In this document: positions 13,511-22,680 of the stretch, piece after piece
Numbering within the stretch: position 1 is the first letter of the stretch
Layout: each line of letters starts with the position of its first letter
Assembly: GCA_002269645.1 (NCBI GenBank)
Contig: NIVC01001190.1
Location: 248,001-312,000 of the forward strand
Reading direction: 5' to 3'
Source: Macrostomum lignano
Lineage: Eukaryota
DNA: 64,000 bases
Position numbers and translations under genes: made by a program
Notes under the pieces: model-generated
What the model saw: the letters and a program-made list of their open reading frames with translations, nothing else
What the model was told of the DNA's origin: nothing
The model's database searches: none

Positions 13511-14479
13511 AACAGCAGGGTGTAGGCAGACTGCCTTTATTATACAGTATTCAAAACTGAATTATTCAGTACCTGGCATCACTAGCAACTCACCCAGACT
13601 CCATCATCTCGCGACCCAGTTTACAGTAAGGCTGGCATTACAGCTAAAAGAATAGCAAAATAATGCGAAACCGTCAGCATGGACGGCCAGCAAAATCAGC
13701 CGAAACACACAAAGCCCGTTTTGAACTTGAATTTACGAGACACTGTAGGAAAATAGTAGAGAACTCTGCAGAGCTGAGTCACTTACTACAGCTTCAAATG
13801 GCACTAATTAACCGAAAAGTATTTCCTAGAAATTTCCAATCTAAAAGTAAGGCTCACCCTGTCACAGTTTGCCGGTAGATTAGGAAAGCATAAACTCGCC
13901 CGTGAAAAATGAGGACTGTGAGACCAAAGATCCCTTGCGAGAACAAGACCTGCCCAAAGTGTCATGTGGGGTAGAAAGGGAAGTTCACTTCCTGTTTAAG
14001 TGCGTTTGGAACTTTTATAGTGTTCCGTGTGATAAGTTGAGCAGGAAATCTTCAAAAGTTTTCAGGAAATTTTTTTTAATTTCAAAACATTACTGCAGAG
14101 GATATCGCAATCGCAATCGTAATCGTAATCGCATCTAAAGACTCGAGGAGATCAATTTAAGAGACTCAAGAAACTCAAGAGACATTTTATCACTCATGAC
14201 TCTATTCGACTAAAATTATGACTCAAGAGAAGGAAAATGGAACGGAATGAAGAGAATGGAAATTCTTGCAAATTTCATGAAAGACGGGCCACAAGAGAGA
14301 CTGCAACATCCTGAGGTTTAATAATTGTAAAAATGAACAAACACTTTTTGCTGATAATGATAGAATCCGAGACCCAATACACAATTCTAAAGCTTGAAAA
14401 CAGTTAAATAAGTTGATGATCGACGATCAAATTAACGACTTCAACCACTCGGTTAAGTTGAGTAGCTTCAGATATTTCC

Positions 14480-15630
14480 TACACCTTGATTTCAATCGTA
14501 GGCCACCCACAGCCAACACCCCATAGCTGCTGCATAACTGTGCGATCAGAGTAGGTCCGGGTGAGGTTGTCACGAGCGTCATTGGCAGCAGAACCATCGT
14601 GACCGAAACGGGCGATGTCTTTCAGCAGTCTCCTTGCCAGCTCCACATGTGGATCGGAGTCCCACATCGCCTTAGGCCAGAGTGGTCGGACGGAAGACAC
14701 TTGGGCCTAATGTTGATCACCCTCTTGGCCATGTGCTTTTTGTGCTTCGTGCAAAGCAGCCAGTCAAGGCGAGTGACAAGCCCGTTGGCACCATAAAAAG
14801 TGGGCAGCTTGGCAAAGGTCCTCCAGCTCCTCCGAGGTGATGAAGTCGGTCAGGAAAGAAGAGTTGGCATTCAGACGTCCACATCTGTTCTTGACCAACC
14901 GCGAGGGGAGCGTTGAAATTTCCCATAATGAAGAGAGCGTCGCAGGCCGGTAGAGAGCTGCAGATCTGTCTCAGAGTTCTGTAGAGATCGACGGTGGTCT
15001 CGCTGTCTCGCTGTCGCGCGGTCTATTCGGTCGTTGATGAAGCTGATGTCGAGAAGGGCAGCAACACCAGCGGGAGACCGATTCCCCCTCCTCCATGACG
15101 ATTGGCTGGAGTGGCCCATCCCGCTCAGACATCGGTTTCCTCGATGCTGACTCGGCGGTGCTACTGAACAGCGAGAACTGCGATACTGAGCGCCGACGCG
15201 AGCGCGCATAATTCGGCGACCCTCCACGAGTCTTTGAGAGTCCGTGCATTGAAGGTGTCGAGGCGCACGTGCTTGTGCATGCGGCCACCATCATTTTGAG
15301 AAGCGGACCCCGGTGGCAGAGGCAGATTAAGTGCTACTCCCTGGGGCTCTTAGGTGTGAATTCCGACTGCGAGCCTGGTAGAATCGAGTTGACCTGGCCT
15401 TGACCTCCGGCCGGGGAGGCTGCGAGGCCTTGCGGTCTAGGCGTGCTCGGCGAGCGAGTAGCCGAAGCTCCTTGCGCCTGGAGTTGTATCTGCGCCGTCG
15501 ACGCTCGGAAGCTTCAGGACTGCGCCGACCGCCATTTTAGCTGCTGCGCTTGCCAGAAGGCTGGCGGCACCAGTGACCCGTGGCCTTTACACCGCCGGAC
15601 GGAAGCACCCAATTTGCAGGCCAATGGCCG
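14480..15630 (-). mobile_element. RTE-like element 5' part: APE endonuclease remnant plus GC-rich 5' leader
   Basis: Frameshifted APE motifs TFNARTL, IAVLAVQ*HR, GGGGIG, IMGNFNA, TRLDWLL...SDH; same strand as the RT remnant at 12715-13510. Confidence 0.8.
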
Positions 15631-15644
15631 TGCAAATATAAGTC

Positions 15645-15858
15645 AACTGCAAATATTAGTCGACTGCAAATATAACTCAACTGCAAACATAACTCAACTG
15701 CAAACATAAGTCAACTGCAAACATAACTCAACTGCAAACATAACTCAACTGCAAACATAAGTCAACTGCAAACATAAGTCAACTGCAAACATAACTCAAC
15801 TGCAAACATAACTCAACTGCAAACATAAGTCAACTGCAAACATAAGTCAACTGCAAAT
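15645..15858 (+). repeat. 17-bp tandem repeat CAACTGCAAACATAA(C/G)T
   Basis: About 12 tandem units at the 5' edge of the RTE element. Confidence 0.95.
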
Positions 15859-15996
15859 TTTTGACGTAAAATTAGCCTTGAAGCAAAAAAGAGCTTTGAA
15901 CAGCCACAGTGATCAGCAGAGGAGCAGAAAAATGTTTAGGAATTTTATTATTGTTCAATAAAAGTGAGCTCACAAACCAATGAATCGAATTAGCAT

Positions 15997-17272
15997 TCAG
16001 GTCAACATGAGAATCTCCAGCTGCTTGAAGCTGTGGTACCATCCGTCAGTTCTTTGGAGCAAACGATGCCCTTGGCTCGGTCTGCAGCTGACACGTTCAG
16101 CGCTGTCGGGTAGTTGAAGTACTTGCCGAATGGACCTCAGGTATGGCAGCATGTGTGCCACTGAGGCTGGAACATTTGGGCACAGTTCTCTCCATTACTG
16201 CAGGTACTCAAGCCACGATCTCCAGTCTGAAAATGGATGTTCTTGCCGACGAACAAGTTCTGGTAAAGACCTCCACCCGGCTCAAACGTGAATTCAGACA
16301 CCGTGTAGTTGGTGCTCTCGGCCAGAATGAGCACGTTCAGGTAGTAGGCGTAGATGTAGGCGTCGTTCCAGTACAGCAGGTCGACGCGGAACCGGTTGCT
16401 GCTGGGCTGAGCGCTGGTCCGGGCGTGCAGCCACTCCAGGCCTATTTGTGAGAAAATTTTATGTGGCCAGAGACGGTCGAAGCTCAGCGCGTCCGACACT
16501 CGCAGGTTGACGGTCTCGAAGCACTGCTGAGTGCCCACAGTGTAGAACTCCTGAGTTTGAAATTCAAATGATTTATTCGATCGGCTATCCATAAAAGTGC
16601 CTAAAATGATTTCAGCGATCCAGCACTGCTTTCCCAACACTCACATAAACGGCCAGCTCAGAGCTGTTCGGGGCCTGCTCGAACCAGCGGCACAGCGGGT
16701 AGTCGGTGAGCAGAGAGCAGTTGCTGGAGTTGAACACAATCCCGCGACAGGGCGGAACCTCGCTGCACTTGGCAACGCAGCCAATGAGCGATGAGACAGC
16801 TTGCTGGTGCTGAAGGAATGCGGCGAAGATCTTCACCGAGTTGTTGGGAATGTGGACCCGCTTGTGAGTCACGTTTCGAGCCGCAAGGTACTTTGAAATA
16901 TCATGCGTCAAAGCGATAAAATTCTGGCATCAGCCATTAGCTGCTCAGCCTGTCGCTGGACGCCAGACCGGACTGTCCGCCACATGACGAATTCCAGTTG
17001 AGCAGTGCTGTCTCCGCAGTGAACAGTCGGCACTCACCGAGCTGCCCGGTGCCATCAGCGGTGCCAGCATCCAAGCTCAGAGCTGCGCACCAGGACTGCT
17101 TGGCGCAGAGCATCGCGCACTGCTGCTTGGTGACCGGCTGCAGAGACCGCCACCCGGAGCCCGGGTCCGCTGGGCAGCCGGGGAACCTCGTGAGCTTGAG
17201 CGACGGCTGCTGGCAGCCTGAGCCGTACGACAGAGCCACCAGGCCCAAAGATGTCACAATCAGAAATTTCAT
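15997..17272 (-). pseudogene. PAN-PAN-FReD family 1 copy 3, pseudogene
   Basis: Exon-1 donor deleted (SDRLSS then TAA). Exon-2 acceptor AG changed to AA. Deletion from mid-exon 3 (after FDRLW) to the end of intron 3. Premature TGA after CCHT at about 16137 and further small deletions before the terminal stop. Confidence 0.9.
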
Positions 17273-17309
17273 GCTGGGATAAATAATGCAATCGTTACTC
17301 TCTGAGTAA

Positions 17310-19080
17310 GGTGTGTTAGACGCGCCGGAGGGTGCCGATGTACATATCGCTGTACTTTTGCGGGGGGTTGAGCTGTGGGGGTGTTGGCCGCGCCGGCCAG
17401 GTTAAAGCCTCTACACCCGGCCCAGCTTGGCTCCGCCGCAATTTCTCAATTTTTTAGGCTTTGTGACCGCGCTTTGATGAGGAGTTTGCCATGGAGACTG
17501 ACAGCAGCCGGTCAGGCGCAGCCGCAGTCATCTGGGGTGCCGAGAGTTTCTGGAGTGCCATCGACTGGGAGCTGGACTGCGGTGGTGTGTTCAAAGATGT
17601 TCATATCAACTTCAAGGAGGCTCTGGCACCTTTGCTGACTATCCTGCACCGTCGCTCTCAGCTGAAAAACTGCAAGATTGTCATCTTCACTGACAGCACC
17701 GCAGTGGCTGGCATGATCAATCGGCTGAGCTGTCGTGACCCGCGTTCCTGCAGGTGTACCAGACTGTGGCTCTGCTGTGCATCAGGAACAGCATCAGTTT
17801 GGAGGCCTTTCACCTTACTGGTCGCATGCAGATTTTTGCTGATGCCGCCTCCCGCATGTTTGCCTCGCAGTCTGAGCTCATTAACTTTCGTTGCCGCTAC
17901 TACCGTACGCTCGTGATCTGCCCGCTTGAGTTCGCGTCGCACGCGCTCTCTGCCGCTTTCCGATCTCGCCTCCTTTTGCAGGTCGCCCTCGCCCTCCGGA
18001 GACGCCGCCCCACCCCCGCGCTGTGTCCGCCGGACACCTGTGCCGCCTCGGCCTGGCGGAGAACTCCTGGCGATCCTACCTCAGCCAGCTGCGCTCCTGG
18101 GAAGCCTTCTGTGCTAGCGCAGGCCGCCCTTCATCTCCAGCTGACGGTGACCTGCTCTGCCGCTACATTGCGCACCTGGTGAGCACCCGGCTCCGGTCCT
18201 TCTCCAGCCTCCGATCCTACGTCCATGCCGTCTCTTTTCTGCACCAAGCCACCAGCACCCCCGACCCAGCAAAAGACTTCACCGTGCAGCTGGCCCTTCG
18301 CGGCGCCAAACGTCATCTGGGCCTGCGATGCAAACAGGCGAAGCCGCTGACCATCGAGCACCTCAAGAGCATCCATCAGCAGCTCCCGCGCTCCATCTCA
18401 AGCGCAGATCTCAGGGCCGCCTTCTGGGCGGCTCTTCTGGTGGGCTGGTGGGGTATGTTGCGCCTTGGCGACTTCCTATCGACCCGCGGCAGCCGCTCTG
18501 TCTCGCGGGACTGCCTGTCGGCTTCATCTGGCTGCTGGAAGTTGGCCCTCCCTAAGTCCAAGACCAACCAGTTCGGGTCGACGCCGCATGTCGTTCTTCT
18601 GCCACCTGTTCAAGAGTCACTACTCTGCCCTGTGCGCGCTCTGCGGTCTCACCTGCACCTGTCACCAGCCAGCGACCCAAGGGCGCCACTCTTTGGCTAC
18701 GGCCTCGGAGGCGAGCTCTCAGCCAGCCAGCTCATCAGCTGTCTTCGTGCGTGTCTGGCTGCGTGCGGCCTTCCAGCTGCTGGTTTCTCCGGCCACAGCA
18801 TCCGGCGTGGGGGTGCCAGCTTCTGCCATCAAATCGGCTTGTCAGATTCGGACGTTCGGGCTCTTGGGGGCTGGAGGTCGGACGCTGTTCTCCGCTACTT
18901 TTCTGCCAGCTCTGCCCTGTCGCGCCGCCAGCGCTCTGCTTCTTTCATGGCTTCGCAGCTGCAGGCTGCGTCCACCTGACTGCCTTCCCGCTTTTACTCC
19001 TTCCCTTCGCCATCATTGGGGTTGGGATCCGCTTTCTCGGCCGCTGCCTGCTTTTCGCAACTGATTTGTCTCATTAGGCT
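17310..19080 (+). mobile_element. DIRS/Ngaro-type tyrosine-recombinase retrotransposon remnant (RT/RNase H fragment plus YR)
   Basis: RNase H-like HINFKEALAP...KIVIFTDSTAVAGMIN (17491-17916, then frameshifted), followed by the YR ORF. Terminal repeats not identified. Confidence 0.85.
18023..18979 (+). CDS. Tyrosine recombinase of the DIRS/Ngaro-type element (318 aa open frame)
   Basis: Catalytic set present: LRLGD (R), KSKTNQ (K), HSIRRGGAS (HxxR), GGWRS (W), VLRY (Y); N-terminal SAM-like region AENSWRSY...SLRSYVHAV. Confidence 0.92.
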   Translation: MSAGHLCRLGLAENSWRSYLSQLRSWEAFCASAGRPSSPADGDLLCRYIAHLVSTRLRSFSSLRSYVHAVSFLHQATSTPDPAKDFTVQLALRGAKRHLGLRCKQAKPLTIEHLKSIHQQLPRSISSADLRAAFWAALLVGWWGMLRLGDFLSTRGSRSVSRDCLSASSGCWKLALPKSKTNQFGSTPHVVLLPPVQESLLCPVRALRSHLHLSPASDPRAPLFGYGLGGELSASQLISCLRACLAACGLPAAGFSGHSIRRGGASFCHQIGLSDSDVRALGGWRSDAVLRYFSASSALSRRQRSASFMASQLQAAST

Positions 19081-20388
19081 CCTTCCGGCGTGTTTAACGA
19101 AAATTTTCATGTTTAACTTGAGCTGATTTTTGCGTTTATTTAAAAAAATGAAGTTTATGCGGAGAAAACGGGTTTATTGGGTAGAGAACATGTTAGCATG
19201 CAGCCCCCCACTAATTTTCAAGCACGAACTGATGATTTGCTGAATAAGACAAAAATCCTAATGTGGTTTCATGCTGTAAAATCTTCGTCAAGTCGGAGGT
19301 TTTAAGTTGATATAAGTGGCTGATATTGGAGTCAAAATCATTAAAATGATTGATCTGTGACGTTTATCAGTGTTACTTGATTTACTTGACTAGGCTGTAG
19401 GGGGGCTTCGGATACGCGAGGAGGAGTTCAGCGCCCACTCAATTTAAGCCCGGTGGGCCATGGCAGCTGGTGCTGCCGGTCCCGCAGGGAGCTCTGGTGT
19501 GCCTGTTTCCACAGCTCGGTCCCTCTTCGTAGAGTCCAGAGTCGCTCGTATGGTAGCCCCTAGGTAGCGGACGAGCTGTTAGAAATTCCTTGACCTAAAA
19601 ACATCGGAAAGGTCCGGGTTTGGGCCGAGGTAATTGAGAGCTTATTCTGAGTAAAGGTTGCAGATGAAGTGCTCTGCATTCTCAATACCTGAGAGGCAGA
19701 ATGGGCATTCCTAACAGCGGATTCTACCTTGGAGGTACGATGCTTGGCAAGACAGCCATTTATCCGAGTTATTAAATGACTCAAAATCTAACAGTTGATA
19801 TTAGAAAAAGTCTGCCGGTAACAGAATGGAAAATTATTCTGAAAAGTGAAGAAAACTACACAGCTTCCTTCAAGAACACCCGGCAACACCTCCCGCAGGC
19901 TTCTCCGCCATCCACTCGCTCAGACAGGGCGGCGCCACCCTCAGAGTGGAGATGAAGCTGTGGAAGGCAGGGTGGCTGTGTGCACCCTGGCGTACTTTAG
20001 GCGACATTTTTGCACTGCTGGCGAGAGGCATAACTGCCTATTCCGCCTACTTATTAAAGCAATAAACTGAAGAGACAAACTCATGTCAATAGAAATTGGT
20101 ATTTAAAATGAGTTTCATCATTTCGCTACGCACTCATCTTCATTCTGTATTCATATAGCAGTTCGAAAGAAAACTTTTTGAAGTATTTTCTCGTAAATAT
20201 CGTTGTACCTGTCAAATAAGCATAGGACTAATTGGTTGATACACTAAAGAAAAAACAGAAAATTGCTTAAGATTCAAAATCAACGCGTAACAATGAGCAG
20301 TGAGCGCCCTGGACAAAGGGTTTCCATGAGAAACTGGTTCGCATGCAGTTCCTTATAGGAATGCCTGTCCGCTCCTTTCTGATTTCAC

Positions 20389-20796
20389 TCATTCGTCACT
20401 CATCGCGTTCATCTCCTGCCATCCATAGCAGCCAACTCGACCCTTCTGCACCTTTGAGTCGCGAAGCATTCTTAAACCGGCCATCTGAGCAGCTGCCACC
20501 AGAGCGGTAAGCAGTAGGCACCAGATGGCCCTCGCGATATCCTCACGACCGAAAGCAGACGCACTGCCTCCGTCCTGAGCTGCTCTTCGGGAGTCCATCG
20601 TTTCCGTCCTGTCCCTTACAGAGTCGCTCATGATGATGAAAGAGTCCTCAAAGACGTCTGACACCGGCTGGACTGGCCGCTGACTGATCTGCTGCCTGAT
20701 GGCGGTGACGGCCAGCGCAGCAGTTGAAACTGCAGCCCAGATGAACAGGCAGATGCGGGCTTTGGTGGCGAACTGGCTGACCCGCCTATTCGTCAT
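20389..20796 (-). CDS. Hypothetical two-transmembrane protein (135 aa from the ATG of MTNRR)
   Basis: GC-rich open frame with two hydrophobic stretches (ICLFIWAAVSTAALAVTAI; IWCLLLTALVAAAQMAGL). No family recognised. Confidence 0.35.
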   Translation of the reverse strand: MTNRRVSQFATKARICLFIWAAVSTAALAVTAIRQQISQRPVQPVSDVFEDSFIIMSDSVRDRTETMDSRRAAQDGGSASAFGREDIARAIWCLLLTALVAAAQMAGLRMLRDSKVQKGRVGCYGWQEMNAMSDE

Positions 20797-22680
20797 ATTC
20801 GCAATGCCAGCGCGTTGCGGGGTTTGGAGGAATCTCGGCAATGCGAACTGGGCTTTCTGTCTTGGGAGCGGTGTTTTAAGCAGCTCTGGTGAGGCCTTGG
20901 CCGTGCCTGGCCTTGAGCACCGGCCAAGTTACTGCAACTGGGCGGGACGATGAAGCCGCTAGCGAACTGGAAGTTAGAGCAAGGCTTTCACATTTCATGC
21001 CTTTAGAATAGGCTTAGATTTTACGGACAAGAGTTTCCGAGCGCCTCATACATTTGCAGCTTTCTCAGGCCCTAAAGACTTTACGGCTGTCCCACTGAAA
21101 CTGTAAAATGCGAAAATTATTACCTCCAAGGCTCATGGTACCTGCTTATACGAGTGTATGTATGGATAAATATGATGTATGAGCTCAAGAGCAGATAAGC
21201 GGTAAAAGCGTCTTGACTAAACTCGCCACGACCCTTGGTTCTGCCATGAGTGAATCGGTGGCAACAGCTGAGTGGTGGCAGGGTAAACTTTCTATTACTG
21301 TCTGAGCAAGAGCGGACGCTTTATGCTCGTATCATTATTTAACGTGGTGTCAAAATTTAATTTTAGCCTACATACCATCTGGGAGTCCAAGATAAAATGG
21401 ATCTCCAGATGTTTCTAGTCGACTCGTCCAACAAGGTATCGATTACATTGCAGTCGGTTCGGCAGGGAGCGTTTGAGCTGACTGAGACGTAAAGCTGACA
21501 CCTGGCCGAGGATATCATCACGACGACGGGGGAGCACGAGATGTTCTCCGCAGGCAGATTTCCCGCGGCGAAGTTTTCCCACCGAGGTTTTGGCGCCCTT
21601 CTCGAGCCTAGAGAGAATCTGGAAGGAAAGACTTGCTGCGGGAGAACCTCAAGCAAGCAACTTCGGCAGCGGGGGAAACTTAAACATCCTTGTGAAGGGG
21701 GCGGAGGTGGATTCCCTGATCTTCGGGTGGCACCAGTGGCTGTGTTTTTGTGCCGCTATGGGTGCTGGACTGCGGCAGCCTCAAAAATGCGGCTAGCTGC
21801 TACTTCATCATCTGGGCTTGGCTCTCATCCACTGACTCCAGGCTAAATCATTCTGCCTCGCTTTTAGCTCTGCTGCAAACAGCACATACCTGCGACAGCC
21901 TCCCCCACATTGCTGATCCTCTGCCTCATCAGCTTCGGACTGCAGACCCTCTGAGAATGAGTCCCAACTCAAATACAGTGTACAATACAGAACGGTTAAT
22001 TCATTAAGTTTTAAAAGCGTTGAAAAACTGCAGCTAAAGTCTTATTAATTCATCTATATTTAAGGATAGAAAAAATTCAACTGCTGCGATGGCTGAAATG
22101 CCTATCAAATGAGCTGTATCCTAAGCTGTATTATTGATGGAGCCTGAGCAATGGATTCTGCATTGTTTTACGCATTTTGAATGCGTACACTCTTGCTCCT
22201 CTGCCCCTGGATTGATGCTGTGATGAAGAGTTGAGGCAGGGGGTAGAGAACTTAGCAGAGGGAATGGATAGAATTTAGATGTAGATTCAGTATTTTTCTA
22301 AAATCGATCACACACACACACACATACCGACAGACCATTTTTAGTATATGGATGGAATTCATCTATAACTTGTGTAGCGTGGAGTCATTTAAAGATGGAA
22401 AAAATATGGAAAATGAATATCTCCCCAACCCCGGCTTCCAACTCAACTTGAGTAGGGGATTCTAAGCCTCGCGAAGCCGTGTCCAGTAAAGGTGGGGCAG
22501 AGAAACGGGAGGGTGGGACGCTTCCGTTGCCTGACAACCGCTTATTTCCCAACTCTTAGGGGGTAGCAGATACCATACTTCAAAAGCCCCGTCCAGAGCT
22601 GAGTTTCCGTCACGGAACATCTCGCAACAGGAAAGTCAAACATCAATTGCAAATGTTTGCCTAAGTAACTCCCACCTGCA

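Noticed and set aside
15480-15640. Possible HDV-like ribozyme at the RTE 5' end (GGCCTGCAAATTGGG..., GCTAA), as known for some RTE elements
   Set aside because: I could not assemble the P1/P3/P1.1 pairings by hand; needs an Infernal/RNArobo search.
21363-21850. GC-rich stretch with short ORFs that looks like a decayed coding fragment
   Set aside because: No motif recognised in any frame.
22300-22520. (CA)n + ACAGAC + TTTTAGTATATGGAT, reminiscent of Helentron-associated element ends
   Set aside because: No matching terminus, hairpin or second clear copy; too weak.
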